A stretch of DNA of 64,000 nt from Octopus vulgaris. Lineage: Eukaryota. Of the stretch, positions 1 to 11,489 are shown one piece after another. The notes under the pieces were generated by a model. The model saw only the letters and a program-made list of their open reading frames with translations. It was not told where the DNA came from and did not search any database. Where the stretch lies: the NCBI GenBank assembly GCA_951406725.2, contig OX597842.1:20088001-20152000 (forward strand), read 5' to 3'. A program made the position numbers and the translations under genes. Numbering within the stretch: position 1 is the first letter of the stretch; every line of letters starts with the position of its first letter.

Positions 1-178
1 CTCCAAACATCGCTTGACAACCGTTGCTGGTTTGTCTACATCCCCGTTACTTAGTGGTTCGGCAAAAGAGAACTCATAGAATAAGTACAAAGAATAAATC
101 CTGGGGTTGATTTGCTCGACTAAAGGCGGTGCTCCAGCATGGCCACAGTCAAATGACTGAAACAAGTAAAAAGAGAAA
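1..178 (+). mobile_element. 3' part of abundant tRNA-headed SINE (called family S2 here)
   Basis: Tail ...ggcggtgctccagcatggccacagtcaaatgactgaaacaagtaaaaagag, which recurs at about 17200, 51170 and 61930 (+) and 13975, 32590, 46020 and 55457 (-). Confidence 0.8.
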
Positions 179-277
179 GATAATATAACCTCCACACACA
201 CACACCTTGGTATTGACCCCCTCATCCTTTGCCCTTGTGGCAAATAAAAGAAACCCTTATATACAACTATCAACTGA

Positions 278-789
278 GTCCATTGTGAAGATGGCCCCTC
301 TACTTTCCTTCAACCAGGAAGGGCAACCAGTTTTTATCTGCTCAGGGCCCATGGCAAAAGGGATCATATAGTGGACATGTCTGAAAGGGCTGAAGACCAG
401 CAACTGCCATTTTGTCAAAACCCTAATAAACTTTATCAGGTTTCACTTGAAGAGGAAAATCAGGGTGGAGAGGTAAGTGCTGGCTTCCAAGCAGTTTGTT
501 GAAAGGTGGGTGAGAGAGGTGAGCATTACCTGAGTGAATGGGCCTTCTCTTAGAGTGTACCTGTATATTGGAGAGGAAAGACTGGGAGAGGGTATCCACC
601 CTGGTGGTCAGGGAGACCTTGGATTTACTGGGCTTTCGTAACGCGTAGCCCTTGAAAGTCCCCCCACTATCAGGGATCTTACTTTGAATTTCTTTTATTC
701 TTTGTATGACTTTTTACATGCTAAAACCCACACTGGACCCTCCCGAATGTTTTGCTTTGTGTTAGCCCTCTGTGGTCAATAAAGAAATT
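278..789 (+). mobile_element. Tx1/L1-type LINE 3' end (decayed), intronic
   Basis: Translates to ...KGLKTSNCHFVKTLINFIRFHLKRKIRVER*VLASKQFVERW, homologous by eye to the ORF2 C-terminus at 33666-34620. Ends gtgttagccctctgtggtcaataaagaaat. Paralogous copies at 2899-3411 and 62087-62598. Confidence 0.65.
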
Positions 790-809
790 ATTATAAATCA
801 TTTCCTTAC

Positions 810-1058
810 TCTTTATCTCCAAATTAATGTCTGCAGCTTTAAGGTTGTCATCATTAAATCTCCAAGTCAAACAATTCTCAGTTACGTTTCTGATCCAAAG
901 CGTGGAGGTATCTCCACTATGTGTTACTTTATAGTCAGTGCCGTTAACGCATGTTCTGTCACATTCATATTTATAATTGTGGCACTTCCAAACCACCGGT
1001 CGTATCATGTTCGGTATTGTTATCGAAAGGGTGACGTTTCCATTGAGCACAGCAATTC
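810..1058 (-). CDS. Exon: atypical Ig-like (V-type pattern) domain, module 2 of left gene
   Basis: Acceptor tttctttatttcAG (1060-1059) and donor GTAAGG (809). 249 nt, phase 1/1, open: GIAVLNGNVTLSITIPNMIRPVVWKCHNYKYECDRTCVNGTDYKVTHSGDTSTLWIRNVTENCLTWRFNDDNLKAADINLEIK. Splice sites and length are identical in 3 paralogues. Confidence 0.85.
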
Positions 1059-1509
1059 CTGAAATAAAGAAATCAGTTAAGAAGTTTGCTTCCAAATCAT
1101 ACGGTCCTGGGTTCAGTCCCACTACACAGCACCTTGGGAAAGTGTCTTCTACTACAGCATCAACCTTGTGAGTGGATTTTCTAGATGGAAATTGAAAGAA
1201 GCCCATTGTATGTATATGTGTGTGTGTGTATGTGTGAGTGTGTGCGTGTGTATGTATGACTGGCAGTGTGAAGCGGCTGACCTCCCTTGTTCGAAGGTTA
1301 TAATGGACACAGTTTGTGTGTCAAATAGCTAGCTTGAGGCGATGGCCTCTTGGAACTAATCATCGACAGCTTTAGTCTTATATCTATAGGACTGCCATAT
1401 TAATATGGCGATAACAATTAATTTCCAGTAACGCTGCCGTAATCTCTTTTAGAGAGACTTAGTAATTTTAATATTTCTATATATATATATATATATATAT
1501 AAGAGCAAC

Positions 1510-2790
1510 TTACCAAGGAATGTTATGCCGAGTCTTGCAGGGAAACGGAGCTACAGATAAATTTGAAGTAAAAACAGGAGTTCGACAGGGCTGTATCCTT
1601 ACTCCCTTTTTATTTCTATTAGTTATAGATTGGATTATGAAGGAAACTACGATTGAAAGCCAAACAAGCATTGAATGGACGGATGTGGAAGCTGTAGAAG
1701 ATCTCGACTTTGCAGATGATATAGCGCTGCTTTCATAAACATAGCCAAATGCAAAATAAAATATCAAAATTAGAAGCAATAGCTGCCAAAGTAGGATTGA
1801 AAGTCAACCTCAAATCAATAATTATGCACGTTAATGAAGTAAACATTGAATGTATTCAACTAGAAACTGGTGAACTGAAGGATGTAGCCGAGTTTATGTA
1901 TTCAGGTAGTAAGATAACGTTTTCAGGTGGCACCGACGAAGATATTAAGGTGAGAATAAGTAAGGCAAGGACCGTTTTCACCTGTTAAAGAAAGTATGGA
2001 GCGCAAGTGTAATTTCAATAAAGAACAAAATAACCTCTCGAAAGAGCTGTTCTTCACTCCTGCTCCAGAGCGTCGGCTGCGGGGTCACTCCGAAAAGCTC
2101 TATCTGTGACGATTTCATCTCAATCGAAGGAGAGGGCCCTTCTCCATCCGGGTTGCGGTTCCCTGGAATAAGCTGCCGGACGAGATAATGAAGATGCCGA
2201 CGACCGCTCGGTTCAAAGTCTCCCTTGTCCACAAATGGCCTGAACTCTTTGCATGAACACCACCCTGTACATAACTCCATGTCCCCCTACATGGCCTTGC
2301 TTTTTTGCTTTTTGAGCCCAAAAATTAACTTAACTTAAGTTAAGAATTTTTAACACTAACGTAAAAGTGGTGTTATTGTATGGGGCTGAGACATGGCAAA
2401 CAACAGTCAAGTCAAATAAGCAAATACAACTATTCATCAACAGATGCTTGCGTAGTATACTTAAAATTAGATGGCCCAAACACATAAGCAATATGGAGCT
2501 ATGGCAAAGAACAAATCAAGTTTCGATTAGGGAGCAAATATTTAAGAAAAAGTGGAAGTGGATTGGTAGCACAATTAGAAAAGACACACTAAATGTAGCA
2601 AAAAGTGTTTAAAGTGGAAACCGGTTGGATGTAAAAAGAAAGGTAGGCCTAAGAACTCCGTGGCGTAGATCAACACAAAAGGAACTAGAGAAAGGGGGAC
2701 ATTCATGGCAGAGTATAAGTACAGACGCGAAATATTATGCAACATGGAATTCAATTATGAGTGGCCAATACTCTGCGTTGGAGGGTCAAA
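1510..2790 (+). mobile_element. Decayed RTE-clade LINE (RT C-terminal half)
   Basis: GVRQGCILTPFLF, DLDFADDIALLS and VLLYGAETW motifs across broken ORFs 1520-1738, 1749-1988 and 2367-2612. Confidence 0.85.
2034..2339 (+). mobile_element. CR1/L2-group LINE 3' end nested in the RTE
   Basis: Frame reads RLRGHSEKL..RRRGPFSIRVAVPWNKLPDEIMK..FKVSL and ends in a (TTAAC)n tail. It interrupts the RTE frame between KNK and LRIFNTNVK. Second copy at about 5210-5468. Confidence 0.75.
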
Positions 2791-2814
2791 GGTAGGAAAG
2801 AAGAATATATTTAC

Positions 2815-2853
2815 CACTTTGGGTGATGTTATACTTTTGTGTCCTTGAAAAAC
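2815..2853 (-). CDS. 39-nt microexon (A-strand/linker of Ig-like module 2)
   Basis: ttttcatcttttacAG|GT TTT TCA AGG ACA CAA AAG TAT AAC ATC ACC CAA AGT G|GTaaat. Phase 1/1, encodes (S)FSRTQKYNITQS(G). Paralogue of 5656-5694. Confidence 0.75.
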
Positions 2854-2898
2854 CTGTAAAAGATGAAAACAAAAATTTTGATTTTTGGAAAATTTTGA

Positions 2899-3411
2899 AG
2901 TCCATTGTGAAGATGGCCCCTCTACTTTCCCTCAACCAGGAAGGGCAACCAGTTTTTATCTGCTCGGGGCCCATGGCAAAGGGGATCATACAGTGGACAT
3001 GTCTGAAAGGGCTGAAGACCAGCAACTGCCATTTTGTCAAAACCCTAATAAACTTTTTCAGGTTTCACTTGAAGAGGAAAATCAGGGTGGAGAGGTAAGT
3101 GCTGGCTTCCAAGCAGTTTGTTGAAAGGTGGGTGAGAGAGGTGAGCATTACCTGAGTGAATGGGCCTTCTCTCAGAGTGTACCTGTATATTGGAGAGGAA
3201 AGACTGGGAGAGGGCATCAACCCTGGTGGCCAGGGAGACCTTGGATTTTGTGGGCTTTCTTTATGTGTGGCCCTTCAAAGTCCCCCCTCTATCAGGGGTT
3301 TTACTTTGAATTTCTTTTATTCTTTGTATGACTTTTTACATGCTAAAACCCACACTGGACCCTCCCGAATGTTTTCCTTTGTGTTAGCCCTCTGTGGTTA
3401 ATAAAGAAATT
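2899..3411 (+). mobile_element. Tx1/L1-type LINE 3' end, duplicate of 278-789
   Basis: Near-identical to 278-789. ORF 2823-3098 ends INFFRFHLKRKIRVER. Confidence 0.65.
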
Positions 3412-3431
3412 ATTATAAATCATTTCCTTAC

Positions 3432-3680
3432 TCTTTATCTCCAAATAAATGTCTGCAGCTTTAAGGTTGTAATCATCAAATCTCCAAGTCGAACATTTCT
3501 CAGTTACTTTTTTGATCCAAAGCGTGGAGGTATCTCCTAAATGAGTCACTTTATAGTCACGGCCATCAGCGCATGTCCTGTCACATTCATATTTATAATT
3601 CTGGCACTTCCAAACCACCGGTCGTTTCATATCAGGTATTGTTATCGAAAGGGTGAGGTTTCTATTGAGCACAGCAGGTC
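3432..3680 (-). CDS. Exon: atypical Ig-like domain, module 1 of left gene
   Basis: AG at 3682-3681 and GTAAGG at 3431. 249 nt, phase 1/1: GPAVLNRNLTLSITIPDMKRPVVWKCQNYKYECDRTCADGRDYKVTHLGDTSTLWIKKVTEKCSTWRFDDYNLKAADIYLEIK. Confidence 0.85.
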
Positions 3681-3958
3681 CTGAAATAACGAAATCAGTT
3701 AAGAAGTTTGCTTCCAAATCACATGGTCCTGGGTTCAGTCCCACTGCAGAGCACCTCGGGAAAGTGTCTTCTACTACAGCATCAGCCTTGTGAGTGGATT
3801 TTCTAGATGGAAATTGAAAGAAGCCCATTGTATGTATATGTGTGTGTATGTATATACATACACACTTGTGTGTTTCAAAGCCTTGTGAGTGGATTTGATA
3901 GATGGAAACTGAAAGAAGCCCATTGTTTATATATATGTATATATATATATATATATGT

Positions 3959-4338
3959 AAATAGAAAATTATTATTTCTAAGTCCCTGAATGAGAAACAT
4001 TCAGTAACATTACTCGAGAGTAAAGATTATTTGCCAGCATAATATGGCAGTCCTAGTTAGGATGATTGTTACTGTTATCTAGCCCTAGGAAACACTGCCT
4101 CCAGCTGGGTATATGACACGCTATCTATGTCCTATGGGATGCTAAACTCCCTTGTTTGAAAATATAAGGATGCAGCTAGTGCGTCATATAGCCTGCTGGA
4201 GACGATATTTCCTAGGGCTAAGGAACAGTAACAATCGTCCTAACCAGGACTGCCACATTATGTTGGCAAATAATCTCTACCCTAGAGTACTGTTACTCAA
4301 TGTCTTTTGTTCAGAGATTTAGAAATAATTTTCTATTT
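3959..4338. mobile_element. Long-TIR MITE/foldback element
   Basis: Imperfect inverted arms of about 160 bp (aaatagaaaattatt...gacacgcta / tagtgcgtcatatag...aataattttctattt). Copy at about 63155-63533; related fragment at 1260-1480. Confidence 0.65.
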
Positions 4339-4555
4339 GTTAGATCAGTGACTGTGTGTCACTTTGAAAAGTATATATTTTGGACAAGAGTTTAGTGGAG
4401 TCATCTGTAGCCGAGCAGTTATTCTGTGCTGATGAAGGGAAATAACCCAGAGACCATTGGTATGCAGATAGATGATGTTTCCTAAGACTAAATTTACAGT
4501 ATCATTCGTCCTAACCAAGACTGCCACATTATGTTGGCAAATATATATATATATA

Positions 4556-5040
4556 AGTTCAGCAAAAATTTAGATTCAAATGAATATGGTACTTAATTTA
4601 GATGCACCAGAATTTTGTATGGTGTTATCCATAGAAATCCGTGGGGTGATTATAATGAAAATAAGCAACAAGAATGACTCCAGTAATTTGGTACGATCGT
4701 TTCGTACTACATCATTTTATTAAATGTTGTAAGTATTACAACAGTTTTAAAATGCTGAACACTCATCAGCCAATTATAGAGGTTTTCTGTTAATACAAAA
4801 ATTTTCATATCACGTGGCAACATTATAGAGAAGGTAGATATATAGACAAAGATGTGGATTTTAATTTTAAGAACGTATGATGTAGTGGAACAACCAAATC
4901 TTAGTACCTCATATGTTCTTAAAATTTAAATCCACATCTTTGTCTATATATCTACCTTCTCTATAATGTTGCCACTTGATTTGATAACTTTTTTATTAAT
5001 GGAAAACCTCTATAATTGGCTGATGAGTACTCAGCATCTT
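4556..5040. mobile_element. Penelope-like inverted terminal-repeat remnant
   Basis: Inverted arms about 4750-4880/4908-5040. Minus strand carries CTGATGAG...CGAAACG. Related copies at 36549-36958 and 63750-64000. Confidence 0.5.
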
Positions 5041-5630
5041 ATAGAGGGATTAGGCTATTATCAGCTCCCGGAAAAGATTTTAACAGGATACTTTTAGAGA
5101 TGATGAGGACAGCAGTAAAGAAGAAGCTGGATTTAGGAAGAACCGTTCATGTGGAGATCAAACCGCCACTCTTTGTATCATTGTAGAGCAAAGCGCAGAG
5201 TGGAATGCACTCTATCTGCGACAATTTCATCTCAATCGAAGAAGAGGGGCCTTCTCCGTCCGGGTTGCGGATCCGTGGAATAAGCTGCCGGACGAGATAG
5301 TGAAGATGCTGACGACTGCTCGGTTCAAAGTCTCCCTTGACCACAAATGGCCTGAACTCTTTGCATGAACACCACCCTGTACATAACTCCATGTCCCCCT
5401 ACATGGCCTTGCTTTTTTGCTTTTTGAGCCCAAAAATTAACTTAACTTACCTTAACTTAGCTTAACTTGGATATAGAAAGAGAGGTAGGCCTAAGAACTA
5501 GTGGCGTAGATCAACACAAAAGGAACTAGAGAAAGGGGGACATTCATGGCAGAGTATAAGTACAGAGGTGAAAAATTATGCAACATGGAATTCAATTATG
5601 AGTGGCCTATACTCCATGTTGGAGGGTCAA
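5041..5630 (+). mobile_element. Deleted RTE + CR1 composite, paralogous to 1510-2790
   Basis: RGIRLLSAPGK..EAGFRKNRSCGDQ RT motif, fused to the same CR1 3' end and RTE tail as in the first module. Confidence 0.7.
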
Positions 5631-5655
5631 ATGTAGGAAAGAAGAATATATTTAC

Positions 5656-5694
5656 CACTTTGGGTGATATTATACTTTTGTGCCCTTGACAAAT
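5656..5694 (-). CDS. 39-nt microexon completing signal peptide and Ig A-strand
   Basis: ttttcatcttttacAG|AT TTG TCA AGG GCA CAA AAG TAT AAT ATC ACC CAA AGT G|GTaaat. Encodes (Y)LSRAQKYNITQS(G) and joins 8100-8145 to 3432-3680 in frame. Confidence 0.8.
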
Positions 5695-6244
5695 CTGTAA
5701 AAGATGAAAACAAAATTTTTTGATTTTAAGATGAAATAATTCAAAACAATGTGAATAAATGAACATTACATTTCACAGTAATTTGATTGCTAAAGGATTA
5801 AAGCAGCCATATCTGTTTTATGTTCTAAGTGGCTGGGTCCAGCCCCTCACACCTACCCTACAATGTCAGTCTAAAAATAAACAATCACATCGTCAAAACT
5901 ACAAGATAACGAATGATTAATTCAAAAACCAAGTCTAAATGAGCATTACATTAAACGAAATAAATTGATTGCTAACGAGTTAAAGTAGCCATACCTGACA
6001 CAAAGATTCTACCTGTTTCGTGTTTAAACTGGTAATGGGTCAGCCTTTTACACCTGTCTTACAATGTCATTCTAAAAATGAACAGACAAGGACTGCTATG
6101 TAAAGAAGTGCTGATCTTTAACTGCGGAGGCAATCTGTGGAAGAGGTGGACCCTGGAAGGTGCAGGACAAAACTGTGGAACATGAGGGCTTTGGATGTTG
6201 AGGCTGACATGTATTGATAAGTGACTGCAACTACCAAAAAAAAA

Positions 6245-6430
6245 CTCATATTGCTCAGAAACTGCCAAAAGACATTGATGAAAACATTTGTTCTGAAGGA
6301 GTGTAAAATGTTTGGGTTCTCCTAGAAAATATTGGAAACATAAATGAAATTCCCACGTATTTCGATAAACCAGGAAACACTACAGCAGACACAGAGGGAA
6401 ACGAAGCTGTTAAAGTAAAAACATCTGAGA
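6245..6430 (+). pseudogene. pogo/Tigger-like transposase fragment
   Basis: THIAQKLPKD...ENIGNINEIPTYFDKPGNTTADTEGNEAVKVKTSE resembles the pogo IGNMDETP.YFDMP motif. Confidence 0.55.
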
Positions 6431-6449
6431 ATTTATTAAATAATGACGG

Positions 6450-7530
6450 GTTGTGGTTAAGAAAACGAAGATCATGGCAACAGCAGCCACAACAAACATC
6501 AGCATCAAGATCGATAATGAAGAGATCGAAGTGGTTGATCATTTCATCTTCCTTGGCTCCAAAAGAAATCGAGATGGTGACTGCACTCCAGAAATAAGAC
6601 GGCGGATGGATGGAAGCACTCCGTCGGTTACGACGACGATGGTTCCGGTTGATCTGATCGACGGAAAAGCCTGCTCGTGAAATTAATGTGTAAGTGGCTG
6701 AACACTCCACAGACACGTGTACCCTTAACGTAGTTCTTGGGGATATTCAGCGTGACACTGAGAGTGACAAGGCCGGCCCTTTGAAATACAGGTACAACAG
6801 AAACAGGAAGTAAGAGTGAGAGAAAGTTGTGGTGAAAGAGTACAGCAGGGATCACCACCATCCCTGCCAGAGCCTCGTGGAGCTTTAGGTGTTTTCGCTC
6901 AATAAACACTCACAACGCCCGGTCTGGGAATCGAAACCGCGATCCTACAACCGCGAGTCCGCTGCCCTAACCACTGGACCATTGCGCCTCCACAAGACGG
7001 CGGATAGTACTAGGCAGAGAGGCAATGGTCAGCATGAGCAGGGTCTGGAAGAGTAGAGACATCAGACTCGCTACCAAATGCAGATTGGTGAATGCAATTG
7101 TCTTCCCAATAGCAACATATGGATGCGAGACCTGGACACTAAAGAAAGCTGACCAGAAGAGAATTAATGCATTCAAGCTTTGGTGTTGGAGAAGACTTTT
7201 ACGGATTCCATGGACAGCGAGGCTCACTAATGGAGAAGTTCTTAAGCAGATCAGGCCGAAACTGTCACTAGAAGCTAGGATCACCAAGCGTAGATTGGCA
7301 TATTTCGGTCATATTATGCGGAGAAAATCCCTGGAGAAGGACATCATGCTTGGAATGGTCAGTGGCAAGAGAGGAAGAGGCCGACCAAGAACCCACTGGC
7401 TTGACACCATCAAGAGTGATACCAGAATGGACATAGCCAATCTGAAAGAAGCGGCCCAGGATTGAACTGACTGGAGGACACTGATCCATCGAGTGACCGA
7501 GAGTCGACTTCGACTGAGCGGATAGAGAGA
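6450..7530 (+). mobile_element. RTE (BovB-like) LINE 3' portion, split by a SINE
   Basis: KKTKIM..EVVDHFIFLGS..DCTPEIRRR continues after the SINE as ..FPIATYGCETWTLKK..YFGHIMRR..GKRGRGRP. Confidence 0.85.
6608..6993 (-). mobile_element. tRNA-headed SINE family S1, tail type A
   Basis: Head gtggaggcgcaaTGGTCCAGTGG..GGTTTCGATTCC (A/B boxes). 12-bp TSD AAGACGGCGGAT at 6596-6607 and 6994-7005. Second copy at about 59607-59991. Confidence 0.85.
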
Positions 7531-8099
7531 TAGTGGTTTTGAAAGATAGTGGGTGATTCTCATACACAGTACCAAGATTAGTGTTGTATGGGGTGGGTGA
7601 TGGGTGTGAGGGCTCACTGTTAATTAACCAGGGTGGGGTATAGGGAATGTTTTGGGACCTGAGATTCTGTAAATAAGTTGTTAATGAGGCAGATAATTTA
7701 TAAAGTTAATCCAAACATGAAAGCACAAAAAAAACACAACAACACGAGGACATGGAACAAATATAGTATTATTGGATGCTCAGGAAAGAAGGAGGGTTTA
7801 ACGTTTCGAGCGGAGCTCTTCGTCGGAAACATATGAGAAGGAAAGATCCAGAGAAGGGAAGACAGAGAATTTATAAGTTGGATTGTGGTGGAAAATCATG
7901 AATTTTCGAAAATTTTCTTGCATAAAATGCATCATTTCTAAAGCTGTGGTGAAAACTAAATTGGGAAAATCCCTACCAAAACAAAGAAAATCCTCCTTAT
8001 GTGAGTGACCCCATTCCAGACCCCTGTGCACCTGAGTAAGTTTGCCTTAACAAAAATAAGTTATGGAAAGAAATTAAATAAAATATAAATAAAACTTAC

Positions 8100-8145
8100 A
8101 GACAAATGCTGCAAACAATAAGCAGAACAAGATCCATTTAGCCAT
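8100..8145 (-). CDS. First coding exon: signal peptide MAKWILFCLLFAAFV
   Basis: attttttcAG|ATC ATG GCT AAA TGG ATC TTG TTC TGC TTA TTG TTT GCA GCA TTT GTC T|GTAAGT. Phase-1 donor; basic N-region followed by a hydrophobic core. Confidence 0.8.
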
Positions 8146-8339
8146 GATCTGAAAAAATAATTTTGAAAAGCTGCAAAATAACAAAGTTTATAGCGCAGGG
8201 TCCGAGGCTAGTCAGGCTGAGAAAAACAAACAGTCACAATATCATCAGTCACTCTTTAATAGATTTGTGGTCGAGCCTGTGGCATTGGAGATCTTATTCT
8301 TAACTATTTCGAATACTACAGAACGCTGTACAGTAGAGA

Positions 8340-9114
8340 CAAGTGCAGTTTGAACCAGGTTGGTATCAAAAGGGTTAAGAATTGTTTCTCTATTATATAT
8401 TTGTCGAGATGTTCTGTGTTTCTTTCAATTAATTATAAATATAACAAAGATCTTAGAAAAATAACTTAGTTACCATTAAGCTAGTGTAAGTAACATAAAT
8501 TGCAACTAAGGTTTGGCGGAAGATTTTAATTCAAAACTTATGAAAACAAGACATTTGTACACAGAGCCAGAGCTGGTTTTAGTCAGGTTGGTAATGAAAG
8601 GGTTAAGAATTGTTTCTCTATTATATATTTTTAAGTCTTTTGTTACCATATTTCTGTCGAGATGCTCTGTGTTTCTTTCAATTATTTTAAATATAACAAA
8701 GACTTTAGAAAAAATAACTTAATTATCATTAAGCTAGTGTTAGGAACATAAATTGTGACTAATGTTTGGTGGAAAATTTTAATTCAAAGCTTATGAAAAC
8801 AAGACATTTGTACTAAAGAGCCAGAGCCGGTTTCAGCTGGGTTGGTAACAAAAGGGTTAAGAATTGTTTCTCTATTATATATTTTAAAGTCTTTTGTTAC
8901 CATATTTCTGTCGAGATGCTCTGTGTTTCTTTCAATTATTTTAAATATAACAAAGAATTTAGTAAAATAACTTAGTTATCATTAAGCTTGTGTAAGGAAC
9001 ATAAATTGTGACTAAGGTTTGGTGGAAGATTTTAATTCAAAACTTAAGAAAACAAGACATTTGTACTACAGAGCTAGAGGTGGTTTCGGTCGGGTTGGTA
9101 ACAAAAGGGTTAAT
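8340..9114. repeat. Tandem ~250-bp units of a piggyBac-type MITE
   Basis: Units end ggtaacaaaagggTTAA (about 8378, 8605, 8860, 9113). Their starts ..cttttgttacc are the inverted counterpart. Confidence 0.6.
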
Positions 9115-9614
9115 GTAAAATTTGAAGAGAGACAGATTTAAACTTTGCACTGTTTCTGCCCCCCCCCCCGCTTTTTTAGTTTTATCAATTACTATACAAC
9201 ACTAAAGCAACTGCATTTTTTGTCTCTTTCTTTCTTCTTGATGAGTGAAAACAAATACCAAATTACAGGTATTTGTATAATTGTGGCTTTCCAGGTAGAA
9301 TCCTGGTTTAAACAGCCCTTATAATTTCAGAAAATTTTTGCAACATACACAAATTAATATAATTATTGAAAAGACAGCATGGTGTTTCACTTTCTGGATC
9401 ATAAAATGAAATATCATCTTAATCATTAATTCAAGCGAATCAATGTCAGAAAATAGCATATCGATATATTACTGATGTTCACCTTAATTTTACGAAATAA
9501 TCTTTAATATATATCTTGTGTTTTTATTACAATACAATCCAATATTTACAACAGAATCTCTTCTATTTGGACAAACCTTATAGTTGTGGCTTGATGCAAT
9601 GGGAAGTTTCAAAA

Positions 9615-11098
9615 ACCAACTGGGAAATACAAACAACGAAAAGAACTTAGTTTCTGAAAGAAAAAAATAAAAGATATTTTTAGAATTTTACTGAAAATGT
9701 ACTGAATTTTTTAAAAATTCAAAAAGTAAAAAGGTTATGAGGGGTTATATGGGGTACTTAAACGAAAATTCCACCAAAAATCAAATTTTCAAACCAATTT
9801 GTTTTAACAGCATAAATGCTTTTATGGGGACAAAAATATTGAAAAACATGAATACATGTTAGAGCGAGGAAGAAACAAGAAAGGTGATTGTGGGATGTGT
9901 TAGAAACAACAGGCAGATCTCCCTTAAATCACACACCTTCCTTTACCCATAACTTTCTGACAAATGGATATTAATGGATATATCGGAATTTGATGTGAAA
10001 AAGTTTTCCGAGGGTGGAGTGAAAAGTTTTGGAAAATTCACATCAGTTGGCTTTATTTCCTCATAACTTTTGGAAAAATGGATATTTCTTTAGTGGAATT
10101 TTCTACAAATATCATTCGGATTGTGAAGGTGATGATTGAAAAACCATACATGTTAGAACCAACTTGGAAATACAAGCAAGAAAAGGAACTTAGTTTCTCT
10201 ACATAAGCTGAAATATAAAATTAAAAAACTATATTTTTGAATATTTCACTGGAAATGTACTGAATTTCGTTTAAATTCCAAAAAGTTAGAAAAGGTTATG
10301 AGGGGTCATATGGGGTTCTTAAACTAGAATTCCACCAAAAATCAAATTTTCAAACCAATTTGTTTTAATAGCATAAATGTTTTTATGGGGACGGCACATA
10401 AAAAGCACCATCCGATCGTGGCCGTTTGCCAGCCTCCCCTGGCACCTGTGCCGGTGACATGTAAAAAGCACCCACTACACTCATGGAGTGGTTGGTGTTA
10501 GGAAGGGCATCCAGCCGTAGAAACATTGCCAGATCAGACTGGGTCTGGTGCAGCCTTCTGGCTTCCCAGAGCCCAGTTGAACCGTCCAACCCATGCTAGC
10601 ATGGAAAGCGGACGCTAAACGATGATGATGATGATGAATACATGTTAGAACCAACTGGGAAATACAAGCAAGAAAAGGAACTTAGTTTCTGTACATAAGC
10701 TGAAATATAAAATTAAAAAACTATATTTTTGAATATTTCACTGAAAATGTGCTGAATTTATTTTTAAATTCCAAAAAGTTAAAAAAGGTTATGAGGGGTC
10801 ATATGGGGTACTTAAACCAGAATTCCACCAAAAATCAAATTTTAAAACCAATTTGTTTTAATAGCATAAATGTTTTTATGGGGATAAAAATATTGAAATA
10901 CAAGCAAGAAAAGGCACTTAGTTTCTCTACATAAGCTGAAATACAGAATTAAAAAACTATATTTTTGAATATTTCACTGAAAATGTACTGAATTTTTTTT
11001 GAATTCCAAAAAGCTAAAAAAGGTTATGAGGTGTCATATGGGGTACTTAAACCAGAATTCCACCAAAAATCAAATTTTCAAACCAATTTGTTTTTAAT
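9615..11098. repeat. Locally reiterated ~200-240 bp AT-rich unit (4 copies)
   Basis: gaaatacaagcaagaaaaggaacttagtttct...aaccaatttgttttaa at about 9615, 10155, 10650 and 10895. In addition, 9810-10135 recurs at 13500-13830. Confidence 0.7.
10395..10636 (+). mobile_element. SINE-like/RTE-tail element family S3 ending in (GAT)n
   Basis: aaaagcacccactacac..ggaagggcatccagc..ccatgctagcatggaaagcggacg..(gat)n. Other copies: 15790-16270 (-), 48413-48620 (+), 53443-53745 (-), 58143-58520 (-). Confidence 0.75.
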
Positions 11099-11489
11099 GG
11101 TAGAAATTGATCAGGCATGCAATATTATGATGTGTCGATCGTCAGTAGTTCTGACGATAAAAATTTGTTGTTATAATTGCATAATGCAGGATGTGAAAGA
11201 GGAAAAATGCATGAAGTTTTAAGGAGATATTTATTTCCCGTTAGAGAGAAAGGCATGTGTAGAGCATGAATGTGGCAGAGATAGCATGTGTGTGTGTATG
11301 AATCAAGTGTGTAGATGCATGCGCAAGGCTGTGAAGAAAGGTGCATGCATGTGTCTATGCAACAATACAAACATTTTCAAAGCGAACAAAAAAAAATGTA
11401 CATTCAAAATATGAATAATAATAATAAAGAACATTCAAAAAGATATGCACATGAATTTAGCTGTTTTAGTGAAACGAATCGTCGAATAA

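Noticed and set aside
721-1206. 161-aa ORFs (also 3343-3828 and 62530-63015) as single-exon genes
   Set aside because: Their N-termini are antisense SINE sequence and their C-termini antisense LINE tail. Only the 249-nt spliced core is credible.
4345-4527. 60-aa ORF conserved at 63540-63722
   Set aside because: Conservation is explained by the recent segmental duplication. It overlaps a MITE fragment and has no convincing splice sites or motif.
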